In this document: one piece after another, positions 21,698-33,612 of the stretch
Layout: the number at the start of each line of letters is the position of its first letter
Position numbering within the stretch: position 1 is the first letter of the stretch
DNA from: Vicugna vicugna
Lineage: Eukaryota
NCBI GenBank assembly: GCA_013265495.1
Contig: MU061579.1
Coordinates: 854,872-891,822 of the forward strand
DNA length: 36,951 nucleotides
Direction: 5' to 3'
Made by a program: the position numbers and the translations under genes
Notes under the pieces: generated by a model
What the model was told of the DNA's origin: nothing
Seen by the model: the letters and a program-made list of their open reading frames with translations, nothing else
Databases searched by the model: none

Positions 21698-23256
21698 GTT
21701 TTCTTATCATTTAGAATTTTTTTCTGTTTTTTAGACTCATTTTGATACGTTTTTATCATATATCAAACTCGAGCACATGTAAAATGAAAATACAAGTAAA
21801 ATAAATAATGGTTAAAGCATTCCAGAAATATCTGTTCGTTCAGCATTTGATATTTCTGAATCACACTGTCTCACAGTGGTCAATGCCAGTTTTTCCACAT
21901 AGCATTGTTCTCTGTGCCATCAAAGCATCTGCAAAGTAACATTTCCTAAAAGAGTGTCCCACCATTTTCTTTAGGATGTTCTTTCAAACTGATAAACCCT
22001 GTGCTGCAAGTCTGGATTCGCAAGCACCTGCTTTGTCAGTGAAAATGGCATCAAACTGCTGCCTGGATGGTTGTGATTGTAAACTGTCCTGGATTTTGTA
22101 GCTGTTTAATGTGAAAAATGTGCACCTTGGAACTTATAAAATATTGTAGGAGCGCTTAATAGTGTCTTTCAAATGCTCTCTTAGAAAAAAGGAACACCTT
22201 ACATTTCCTCAGGACTTGATTTAGGATGTAAAATGCTGGGAACAAAGTAGCATTTGCATTTGAAAGATTTTCATTTAATTCCTCAGTTGTAATGCAGGGA
22301 AAAAGTATCGAAATCTTATTCATTCTGTGCTTTCTTACACTGTGGTTCTTTATTTTTTACGTTATTATTCTTTTCTTTTTGTCTTTCCTTTGTCTCTTTT
22401 GTTTCCTCTAGTCTTCTTTTTCTTACCTTTGACTATCCAAAGAAAATGAGAGACTTTAAGAATGGCATTCACCTCTGAGAGCATAAAAAACAGTTCCTAA
22501 TATAAAATAATTAAAATAATTATTAAACATGAAAAACCACCTTTACTGTTGACTTTTAAGTTAACCAAGCTTTTTTTCTTCCTCAGCTGCTAAAAAGGAT
22601 TCAAAATTTATTTGCTCTGCCTGCTTCCCTAGCGGTCTCTGAAGAAGTTCAACCTTCCTTGTTAATTCCTTGGAGCTAACAAATTCTGAATTCTTCAATT
22701 GTCAGTGATCAATTGGGAAAGGACACATAAGAATAATAAGTACTTGAACTAGGCAGATTTTAAAAAGACAGAAAGCCTGAAAAAGTTACACCGCTTATGA
22801 CATACTGCATATTTAAGAAGTACCACTGTGTTCTGTGTATTTCCTCTCTGCTTATTTAGAAACTGTCTGTAAGAAACTTGAGCCATTGCGGAAGTAATCT
22901 GCGTTATTTTTTATGTTGTTTTGATGAATACACCGTAATGAGAAGTTGGCCATGTGGGTCACAAGTTTGTAAGTGGTACAAAGAGTCCGAGCTGCAAAGG
23001 CATCTAGAGAGCATCTCATGAGGGAAACAGGCAGTACTCCCCTTAATAGAATTGTGGGGAGTATGGCAAACTGGAAAGGACTTGTTCCAGTGAAAACTAT
23101 TCAAATTCAAACATTTGCTTAAGGCTTTGGACATACAAAATTGCAGCCTCAACAAAATAAATTGTAGCCTCAATTCAATTGAAGGTACACCGTGTGAAAC
23201 TTAGACATTACACAAATTATTTTTTAAAAGTAACTTTTCGATTACACTTGCTGTAG

Positions 23257-23717
23257 TGTTACCAGATCTGTTCCAGGTCTTTGCTCAAAACCCTCCAACA
23301 CCCACCTTTCGCTGGAGTGCCCTTGCTCACAACTCTCCCACCACCATTAGCAGGAGTATTCCTGCTCAAAACCTGCCAACCCCGCCCCCACCGCCATTTA
23401 GCATTTACTTTTAAGTTAAAGAGTTCAGAGATAAGAAAGGAAGCTACAAACAAATGAACAAACAAAAACAGATGGAACCAGCTGGGACCAAGATGATGAC
23501 AAATCTGAACAGACTCTGAGTCTCATTACAGGCTGACTTTACTACATTCACATATTAAACACATCTACCGGCTGCCATGACCTGACATTAAGAACCAAAA
23601 AACGGATAAAAAGAGAATGGTACCCCACTACCTGGAAAAAGTCCTTCCCTTTTCATGGTAGACAATGCATTTGCCTCCTCATCATTAGCCTCATACCTCC
23701 TCCTTTTGTCTTCACCA
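23257..23717 (+). mobile_element. ERV LTR 5' part (U3), interrupted by an L1; contains three ~40-bp imperfect tandem units
   Basis: Starts TGTTACCA, which pairs with TGGTAACA at 28723-28730. Repeated unit 'tgctcaaaac...ccacc...tagc/tcgc' at 23280-23402. Confidence 0.65.
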
Positions 23718-26700
23718 TTTATTTTTTTCAGTTTTTAAATGTATCTATTTATTGAAGATTAGTTGATTTACAATGTTGTGTTAGTTTCTGGTGTACAGCA
23801 TAGTAATTTACTTATACACATATATTTATATTCTTTTTCCTGTTCTTTTTCATTATAGGTTATTACAAGATATTGAATATAGTTCCCTGTGCTATACAGT
23901 ATAACTTGGTTGTGTATCTCTTTTATATACAGTACTTAGTACCTGCTAATCCCAAATTTTTAATATACCCTTTCCCCTTCTTTCCCCTTTGATAACTATA
24001 AGTTTGTTTTCTAAATCTGTGCATCACTTTTTAGATTCTACATAAAAGTGGTATCATATGATATTTGTCTTTCTTTGTCTAACTTACTTCACTTAGTATG
24101 ATAATCTCTATGTCTATGTTGCTGCAGATGGCATTATTTAATTCTTTTTTATGGCTGGGTAGTATTCCACTGAGTGTCTATGTGTGTGTGTGCATGTGTA
24201 TGTGTATATATATATGAATATGTGGTCTATATATATAGCTCAAATTGTCTTTATCCAATCATTTGTCAATAGATACTTTGCTTCCATATCTTGGATATTA
24301 TAAATAGTGCTTCTATGAAGTTTGGGATGCATGTATCTTCAAATTAGGGTTTTCTCCAGATAGATGCCCAGAAGCGGGATTGCTGAATCATATGGTAACT
24401 CTACTTTTAGTTTTTTAAAGAATTCCCATACTGTTTTCCATAGAGGCTGCCCCAGAAAACATTCCCATCAACAGTGTAGGAAGATTCTCTTCTCCACACC
24501 TTCTCTAGCATTCATTGTTTATAGACTTTTTAATGGTAATATTTATGATCCATGTGTGGTGATAATTCATGAAGTTTTGCTTCTCATTTCTCTGATAATT
24601 AGCAATATTGAGCACCTCTTCATGTGCCTATTGGCTATCTATATGTCTTCTTTGAAAAAAATGTCTGTTTAGGTCTTCTGCCCATTTTTTTATTGAGTTA
24701 TTTGTTTTTTGTTATTGAGTTGTATGAGCTGTTTGTATATTCTGGAAATCAAGCCCTTGTCAGTACATTCTTTTCAAATATTTTCTTCCAATCCATAGTT
24801 TGTCTTTTAATTTTGTTAATGGTTTCCTTTGTTGTGTAAACGCTTATAAGTTGGGTTAGGTCCCATTTGTTTATTTTTGCTTTTATTTCTATTGCCTTGG
24901 GAGACTGACCTAGGAGACCATTGCTAAAATTTGTCAGAGAATGTTTTGCCTATGATCTTTTATAGGAGATTCATTGTGTTCTGTCTTATGTTTAAATCTT
25001 TAAGCCATTTTGATTTTGTGTGTGTGTGTGTATGGTGCGATGGAGTGTTCTAACTTCATTGATTTACATGAGGTTGTCCAGCTTTCCTAACCACTTTCCA
25101 AAGAAACTATCTTTTCTCTATTGTATATTCTTGCTTCCATTGTCAAAGATTAATTAATCATAGGTGTATGGGTTAATTTCTGGGCTCTCTATTTTGTTCC
25201 ATTGATCCATGTCTGTTTTTGTACCAATACCATGCTGTTTTGATTACTCTAGCTCTGTAATATTGTCTGAAGTTTGGGAAGGTTATTCCTCTAGCTTCAA
25301 TCTCTTTCTTCAGTATTACTTTAGCAATTCTGGGTCTTATGTGATTCTGTATAAATTTTAGGAATATTTGTTCTAGTTCTTTGAAAACTGTCCCTGGTAA
25401 TTTGATAGGGATCACAATAAATCTGTAGATTGCTTTGGGTAGGATAGCCATTTTAATAACATTAATTCTTCCAATCCAAAAGCATGGGATATCTTTCCAT
25501 TTTGTTAAAGCATCTTTAATTTATTTTATCGGTGTTTTAGAATTCTCAGCATATAAGTCCTTTATCTCCTTGGTCAGGTTTATTCCTAAATATTGTTTTG
25601 ATCTAATTTTTAAAAGGGATTTTCTTTTAACTTTCCTTTTCTGATATTTCATTGTTCATGTAAAGAAAAGCAACAGATTTCTGTATGTTAGTCTTGTATC
25701 CTGCTACCTTGCTGAATTTTTTTTTTAATCAACTCTAGTAGTTTTTGTGTGGCATCTTTAGGGTTTCCTATATATAGTGTCATGTCATCCACATATAGTG
25801 ACAATTTTACCTCTTCCCTTCCAGTTTGGATCCCTCTTGTTTCTTTTTCTTGTTCTTATTGCTGTGGCTAAGACTTCTGATGCTATGTTAAATAGAAGTC
25901 ATGAGTGTAGGCATACTTGTCTTGTTCCAGATTTTAATAGGAAGTCTTTCAACTTTTCAACATTGAGTATTATGTTGGCTGTTGGTTTGTTATAAATAGC
26001 TTTTACTATGTTGAGATATATTCCCAAGGAATTTTTATCATGAATGGATGTTGAATTTTATCAACAGATTTTCCTGCATCTATTGAGAAAATCATGTGAT
26101 TTTTGTTGATGTGGTGCATTTCGTTAATTAACTTATGTGTGTTAAACCAGCTTTGTGACTGCGATGAATCCAACTAGATTGCAATGTGTGAACTTTTAGA
26201 TGTGTTTTTGGATTAGGTTTGCTAATATTTCACTGAGAATTTTTGCATCTATATTCATCAATGATATTAGCCTGCAATTTTCTTTTATGGTAGTGTCTTT
26301 GTCAGGTTCTGGTATAAGAGTGATGGTGACTTCCTAGGATGAGTTTGGGAGTGTTTCCTCCTCTTCAATCTTTTGGAAGAGTTTGAGAAGGATCAATATA
26401 AGTGCTTCTTAGTGTTTTTGGTAGAATTCCCCTGTGAAGCCGTTTGATCCTGGACTTTTATTTGCAGGGAGTTTTTTGTTTGTTTGTTTGTTTGCTTGAA
26501 TTACAGGTTCTATTTTACTTCTAGTGATCAGTCTGTCCAAATTATCTATTTCTTCTTGATTCAGCTTTGGTGGAGTGTATGTTTCTAGAAACTTGTCCAT
26601 TTATTCTAGGTTATCCAGTTTGTTGGCATAATTGTTCATAGTATTCTCTTATGATTTTTTGTATATCTGTGGTATTGGTTGTAATTTATGCTCTTTCATT

Positions 26701-28498
26701 TCTTATTTTGTTTATGTGGGTCTTCTCTCTTTTCTTCTTGGTGAGCTTGGTCAGAAGTTTGTTAATTTTGTTTACTCTTTCAAAAAATCAGTTCTTGGTC
26801 TTATTGATTTTTTCCTCTTATTTTTAAATCTCTATTTTATTTATTCTTCTCTCTGATTTTCATTCTGTCTTTCTTTCTGCTGACTTTAGATTTTGTTTGC
26901 TCTTTTTTTTTCTAATTCTTTTAGATGGCCAGCTAGATTGTTTAAGATTGTTCTTGTTTTTTGAGGAAGGCTGGTATTCCTGTGGATTTCCATCTTAGAA
27001 CTGCTTTTGCTGAATTCCATTGATTTTGCGTAGTTGTGCTTCCATTGCCGTTTGTCTCAAGGTATTTGTAAATTCCTTCTTTGTTTTCATTGTTAACCCA
27101 CTGATTTTTTTAGTAGTATGTTGTTTAGTAACCATTCAATCTTTTTGTTTGTTTGTTTGTTTGTGTTTCTTTCCTTCTGTGGTTGATTTCTACTTTCATT
27201 TCTTTGTAGTCAGAAAAGATGCTTGAAAAAATTTCCAATCTCTTAAATTTTTAGAGGCTTCTTTTGTGTCTGAGTAAGTGGTCTATCCTACAGAATGTTT
27301 TATGTGCACTTGAAAAGAATGTATATTCTGTTTTTTGGGTATAAGGTCTTGAAAATATCAATTATGTCTAAGTGTTCTATTGAGTCACTTAGTATTTCTG
27401 TTGCCTTATTGATATTCTCCCTGGAAGATCTGTTCATTGATGTTAGTTGGATGTTAAAGTCTCCTACTCTTACTGTATTTCCATTGTTTCTCCCTGTATG
27501 TATGTTAATATTTGTTTTCTGTATTTAGGTGCTCCAATATTAGATGCATATATGTTACCTGTACCTGGGTATAAATTGCCTTCTTTAGTTTTGAGAAGTT
27601 TTCAGTCATAATTTCTTCAAATACATTTTTGATCCCCTTTTATCTTTCTTCTCCTTCTGGGATCCCTATTATGTGTAGATTAGCACATTTCATATTATCC
27701 CATAGATCTTTTATATTGCTTTCATTTGTTTTTTTTTAATTGTCTTTCTGGTGTTTTGATTGGGTGATTTCCATTATCCTATCTTCCAGATTATTTATTT
27801 GTTTTCTGCATTATTCAGCTTTCTATTTATTGTCTTTAGCTAGGCTTTCTCAGCAAATGAGCTTTCTAATTTGAATTGGCTCCTCTTTATACTTTCTAGT
27901 TCCTGGTTACAGTGATCTGCATCAACAATGGGACTTTATATGTCAGACTCAGGCTCCACTGCACACACTCTCAGTGGTAGCCCATATCACACTGTAGCCC
28001 CTTCAGGCTGTCCCTGCACAGCCAGCTCCAGTTCTCTCCCCAGGTCTGTCATCCGAAACTGAGTTTTAGTACCTAGCCCCTGAGTGCACCAAACAAATGT
28101 GCAGCTTGGCCTGGGGATTGCAGCAGAGTGGTAAGGACCCTTTGTGCTGGTCTCTCTCTGTTCTGCCTGCTGCAAATTAGCTACTATGATCTCTGAGGCT
28201 CTGAAGCTCCCTTCCTGTCCTGGCTGATCTCCTAGCTAGTGAAGGGGCTTCCCAGAGTCAGGGAAGCTTTCCTCTTTCATAGCTCCCTCCCAGGGGTGCA
28301 GGTCCTGTCCCCCTTTTTTTTTTTTTTGTCCTGCCCAGGTACATGGTGCTTTTCCTTATAGCTTTGACTATATAGATCTTCTGCCAGAGTTCAGTTGGTA
28401 TCCTGGGAGAACCGTTCCACACATGGATGTATGTCTGATGTATTTGTTGGAGGAGGTGAGCTCCGCATCCTTCTATTACGCTGTCTTTATCTCCCTCT
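23718..28498 (-). mobile_element. LINE-1 retaining both termini (5'UTR, partial ORF1, degenerate ORF2, 3'UTR, poly(A)) with internal deletions
   Basis: T-rich tail then 'tttattgaagattagttgatttacaatgttgtg'. ORF2 remnants [11 protein letters not shown]...[11 protein letters not shown] (25173-25451) and MDKFLETY...NQEEI...KSPG.NGFTGEFYQ (26409-26600). Endonuclease 'IYASNIGAP' near 27530. ORF1 'FEEIMTENF' near 27600. 5' end 'gaaggatgcggagctcacctcctcc' on the minus strand. Many stops and frameshifts. Confidence 0.95.
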
Positions 28499-28730
28499 TT
28501 ATTCTGTAAAATTAAATGACTTTCCTCAAATGGTCGAGAAATTGATCTGTGACCTTAGTTCCCAGTTTTCCACTCTTTGGCAGCTGAATAAATCCTGGGT
28601 TGTGTTGATCTCAGCTTTGGTTTCATTATTCACCTACTTGAACCTGAATGGAAAGGGAACACTCCCCCACTGAGGCAGAGAGCCTCAGCTGGGCTAAGGC
28701 CCAAGGTCCATACAACTCACTTTGGTAACA
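28499..28730 (+). mobile_element. ERV LTR 3' part (TATA-like box, R/U5), continuation of 23257-23717
   Basis: 'ctgtaaaa' followed by 'ctgaataaatcc' (poly(A) signal). Ends TTTGGTAACA. Hairpin CTGAGGC-agaga-GCCTCAG at 28670-28688. Confidence 0.65.
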
Positions 28731-28767
28731 ACAGGACCTGAATTAACAAAAATAGAGAGCTGGGATT

Positions 28768-29282
28768 TGTAGCTGTCTTTAAGGCCTAAAATAAAGCTTG
28801 ATGTTATGTGCTACTTTGGCATTTGGTAAAACCAAGAGGACCATGAATGGTCTAGCTGAAATTCCCCTCCCCACTCTGCTCCTGAGGATAAGGTCCCTAG
28901 ACAAACCACCTTTCTTACCAAGGAGACAATGTATGGCTCTGACTTTTTCCTGAGGACCAGGTTTCAGTTGCCAACCAGGTCGTGGGAACTGTTCCATAAA
29001 TTTAATCACGCTCTGCATGGGAGCCAGATTCCAATTCATCCTCTTGATACAATAAAGCCTACCTCCCACACCCCAGTCGTTCACTGTTTCTGGGTGCAAC
29101 CCTCAGGGGGCCCTTTGTGGCATGCGATGTCTTTCTTCCCTAGGCTGTTTTTACATGTGACAAATAAGCTGCTGTCTACCTCACCTGTTCAGTGTCAGGT
29201 GTCCTGCATTTGGTTATCTCCCTAACTCTGGGGAGGGAGGAGCCCTCCCTCATCAGTAGGGTGAAGAGGAGCCATTAAAGCA
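28768..29282 (+). mobile_element. ERVL-class solo LTR, MER54/MER74-like
   Basis: 'ttcccctccccactctgctcctgaggataaggtccctag', 'gatacaataaagcct', end 'gggtgaagaggagccattaaagca' match recalled MER54/MER74 motifs. Start approximate. Confidence 0.7.
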
Positions 29283-30442
29283 GAGGTAGTAGCCTTAGCC
29301 TCATGCAGAATAAACATTCAAAAACTCTGTGTTGAATTAATATATGTTATTAAGAACAAGTATAAGAGTTAATATACAAAATTTCATATGTGGCCAGTTG
29401 CTGCTGTTTGCAAAAAATTTAGATGCTTTCAAATACTGAAGATTAAACAACCAAACTTTGCAAAACCAGTAAATCTCTATCCCATAAAAGAGAATATGTT
29501 TTGTAAAATTTAGAGTGTCAAAATAAGTACCAAGTACCGAATTATTTCTGAAGGGCTGTTTTGCAAGCTTTCTTTCCTTGGGGCTTCTGGGAAGTTTGGT
29601 CTTTAACCTCCATAGCCTGAAACTGCCTCAGGGCAGAAATGCCTTTAGTGTTTCCTGCTTTTATTATCCTGCCTTTAGGCTGTGTTAAGAGTAAAAGATA
29701 GCCTCTTGGTTTGCTATAACTTATAGAAAGTTTACCTGTCTGGTCATGTAAAGAAAATCATTGGGGATTTGTTTATGTGTTGCTTCACAAGTTTACTTAT
29801 TATATTTAAAAAAAAAAAGTCAGAAAACCGCCATGTGTATATCACAGGGTTATGTGAGTATTCAAGGGCAAGGTGCTTTGTTGCTTAATCTTTGCATTTG
29901 GGAAGCTTTTTTGTTTAATATAAAATAGCTACGCAATTAGTATCCGCTAACTGAATATATATGCTGTAATTGCTTAAGAAAATACTGTGTTAGAGGGCTA
30001 GAAAATGTGTCAGTTTAGTAAATTGCAACATTATTATGATGTATTTTTACCTATATTTCTAAATTATCTCCTTTGATAATAATTCCTCACATCATTTTTC
30101 ATTTTGTCATTTCATTTTTTTTCTTTTCTTCTTTACTGGTGTTTATTAGAGCACGCACAATCATGAATGCTAAAGTCAGGGATTTTACTGTTGTTGGTTC
30201 ATAACCCATTGCCACAGATAACAATTGGGAATGTACTTAAATGGTCTTCTCACAATTCATGACCATTTATCAATGCATACTGTTACTTTGTGTCTTTGTC
30301 ACCAATAGCTTCTTTCTTTTTTTACCCCCAGGCTTCTGTCTTGGAATAAAGACCATAGAAAGATGAAACAGAATTATCCAGTACACATAAAAGTTTACGG
30401 CATTAGATTAGCTAGTAAAAAGTGTATTAATTAAATTCAAAT

Positions 30443-30619
30443 ATAACAATAGCAATAACTCATTGAATATTTACTACGTATCAGGCACTGTGCTAATGGG
30501 ACTTACAGCTCTGTTTAATTTTTCTAATAGTCCTACAAGTAGGTAATGTCAAGTCCATTATACAGGAAATGAAACTGAAGCTAAGAGAAATAATTTTTCC
30601 TTATGAGCTACATAGTGGC
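30443..30619 (-). mobile_element. MIR, antisense, left part (resumes at 31020-31070 after the MLT2 insertion)
   Basis: 'cattgaatatttactacgtatcaggcactgtgcta', 'ccattatacaggaaatgaaactgaagctaagaga', then 'gtggcagaagcaaaatttt' after the LTR. Confidence 0.75.
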
Positions 30620-31019
30620 AAAAATGATTAATTTTATGTGTCAGCTGGGCTAGGCTACACTACCCAGCTATTTGGTAAAACTCTATTCTAGAAGTTTCTG
30701 TGAAGCTGTGTTTTAGGTGGGATTCATATATAAATCGGTAGACTATTAGTAAAGCAGATTGTTCTCCATAATGTGGGTAAGCCTCATCCAATCAATTGAA
30801 GACTTTAAAAAAAGACTGACCTTCCCTGAGGAAGAAGGGACTCTGCCAGCAGACTCCCTCCAGCCCGGGACTGCAGCTCTTCCCTGGGCTTCCCTCCTGC
30901 CAGCCTACTCGGCAGATTTTAAACTTGCCAGGTTCCACAATCACATAAGCCAAGTTTTTAAATCTCTTGATAGACAGATAGGGAAAGAGAGAGACAGAGA
31001 CAGAACCATGATATATACA
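30620..31019 (+). mobile_element. MLT2 (ERVL) solo LTR with 5-bp TSD GTGGC
   Basis: 'ttaattttatgtgtcagctgggctaggctac', 'cataatgtgggtaagcctcatccaatcaattgaag', 'cctgccagcctactcggcagattt', ends 'atataca'. GTGGC at 30615-30619 and 31020-31024. Confidence 0.9.
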
Positions 31020-31089
31020 GTGGCAGAAGCAAAATTTTAAAACAAGGACTTTCTGATTTAAACCTCAAGATTTTTAGAATTCTGGGGGT

Positions 31090-31630
31090 AATGTAATATC
31101 AATCATGCTGTTCTGTTCAATCCTTTATTTTGTGCTTATCTTTCTGTAATGTGTGTGTGTCTGCTTGACATCACTTTGGTATAGCACCCATGCACCATGT
31201 CTGTCAGTGTGGCTCTGGTCAGATCTCTCCCATGCCCTGGGTTAGAGGAAAGCTCACACTTCAGAACTGACCAATTTAAAAAGTGCATTGTTTCCATCAC
31301 AGGGATTGGTTTATCAAAGGGCTGAAACAAAGTGGGCCAGTTAAAGCCATTCTGGATCTCAGGTAAGAGGGATTTCCTTCTAAAATTATTTTCATTAAGG
31401 ACAATGTAGATGCTCATATGTTTTGAGCTGCCAGAAGATAAAATAAGCAAAGAAGTATGCAGAGGAGAGAGACAATATTAATGAATCACTAGAGCTTTTA
31501 GGGCCAACCTTGTTTAAACATATTTAGTTTTCTGATATTATATATTCTGATAGTGGAAAGTAATTTATCAGTTAGTTTAAATTAGAGTAATGTTTCTGTC
31601 TCTTAAAATGAAAAGAACTCAGTTAAATTA
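31090..31630 (+). mobile_element. Ancient MaLR LTR (MLT1J/K/L-like)
   Basis: 'ccatcacagggattggttt', 'caaagtgggccagttaaag', end 'gtttaaattagagtaatgtttctgtctcttaaaatgaaaagaactc' resemble old MLT1 consensus. Boundaries approximate. Confidence 0.5.
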
Positions 31631-33029
31631 AAATTTAATTACAAGAACTTCATTAAAAGAATAAATGCTTTGTGATATAGTTAAGCATTTTTTTTTTTTT
31701 TGGTTTTGGGGTTTTTGGTTCAGAAAATTTTGTGACACTCAATACATTAATATAAACATCACTGTGGGAGAAATTATAGTACAGACAACTGTTATATGAA
31801 AACATTCATTTACTTATTCATCACAATAGTAGATTCAATTTATCTTCACAGAGGTGAATCTTCCATGATACTTATAGATAGATGTAACCTTCCATTTTTA
31901 TAGGAAATTCTGGTTTTCCGAACGCTATTCCATTAGTTATCTCATTCAGATAGTCATCAAGCCCCATGACATGGTTTGAATCAGTATGATGACCACAATG
32001 TATTGATGATGAATTTATTGCTAAGTTTTTTGAAAGACTTAATATTTCACAACTAGTTAATGGCAAATAAAGGCTACATAACTCATGCATACAAAAAATA
32101 CAGAGATTTTGTTACATTGTATCCAAACCATAAATTTGAATAAGTAATTGCCATATATATATGAATCTGAGGTATATATACAGATATATGTATACATAAA
32201 ATGCATTTATATGAATATACGTATACGTAGGAGCTATTGTAGCACATATTCGGGAGATTTAGTTTGTACTGAGAAGTGCTTAGCTTTTCTAGTTCAAACA
32301 CTTTTTAATGATTTAGTGCTTCTGACCAAGGAAGGAAATGTGCAGAAGACCACAAACAGGTTGCATCTATTATGGAAGACTGTCAGGAGATAATCTGAGA
32401 GCAAAATAGAATTAAATGGGTAGAGTTTTTAACTTTTTTCATCTTCATTTAATCCACTGGAAAAGGGAGAAAAAGAGAAGAAATTAACAACTCAGCATAG
32501 TTTCAAATCTTTCCCACTCCATATTTACAGAGCTCTGGATCACAAAAGTTGTAGAAAAATGAGGATTCGTGTTAGAACAATTGTTAAATAAATCTTAACA
32601 CACACAGCAGGCACAAAAATGGGATTAAATCTTTAATAAGGGATATTGATTATAATACTGTGAAAACATTCTTTCATGAGTTAGGTATACTGTTACAAAA
32701 GTTAATAGAATATCTTACTTGAGAAACATCTCTATAATTGAATTTATTTTAAACCCTGAAGGTCACTGAATGAGTATGGAAAGCTAAAATTCTTTCATTA
32801 GTCAAAAGAAAACAAGGCCTCAAGGGAGGAATTTCAGATAAATAATTTCTTGGCTGATGTTTTGACTATTTTGAAGATTCTGTAAGATGATTCTAAGATC
32901 AATTTAAGATATACCTCTGGTAAGTCTTCTATAAGAAGCATATGTAATAGAATATAACTATATATCACTGTGATATTTTTAATGACTAAATACATCTAGA
33001 GGTAATACTGCATGTTCAGAAAAGGCACC

Positions 33030-33612
33030 TCCCACAAACTTTTTTCTGAATTATTCTCTCTAAAAAGTAAATCTGATCAAGTCCATACACTACTAAGGAA
33101 AAAAAAAATCCTAGCTTTTCTTTGCTTATAGGAAACTCTTTATATGCTTTATAATTTTCCTTCTTGCTTTATCCAGCTCCATCTTCTTAGAATGTACAAT
33201 CTGGTCATTTAAAACATTATCTCTATTTCAACAGGGCCTTTATACCTGTGTAGCTTTGTGCATATTACTCTGCTGTACTGAATGCCCTTGATTTCCTTTT
33301 TTTTATTTGCCTGACTCCATATCATCCATCAAGACCCTGTCAGCTGAAAGTTGAATTCTGCCATTATGCCTTCTTTGGCTCCATACTCTCATTTCATGTT
33401 ACTAATACTTTAAAAATCATAATTTTCTCCCTGGCTTATAATAATATTGCATATTTCTCTTTGTCTAACAAGACAGTGAGTCATCAAGGTTTAGTTTCAT
33501 GTGTATTTATCTTTTATATTCCTAGTATTGAGAAGTATGAATTAGACATAGCAAATGTTCATTAATTATTTGTTAAATATTTAAATGAATATTTGAATGA
33601 ATAAATAAATGC
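33030..33612 (+). mobile_element. LINE-2 3' portion
   Basis: 'taaatctgatca', 'ctgaatgccctt', 'ttgcctgactccatatcatccatcaagacc', 'tatcttttatattcctagta', terminal 'tgaatgaataaataaatg'. Confidence 0.7.

Noticed and set aside
23280..23402. CRISPR-like repeat/spacer appearance
   Set aside because: Units are degenerate along their whole length, lie inside an LTR in mammalian DNA, and there are no cas genes.
24364..27528. Many 60-100 aa ORFs in the L1 interval
   Set aside because: Minus-strand ones are broken ORF2 remnants and plus-strand ones are antisense L1 artefacts; none is an intact gene.
5955..33484. Scattered AP-1 sites (TGACTCA/TGAGTCA)
   Set aside because: A handful in 37 kb is near chance expectation (about 4-5 for a 7-mer on two strands) and they are not clustered.
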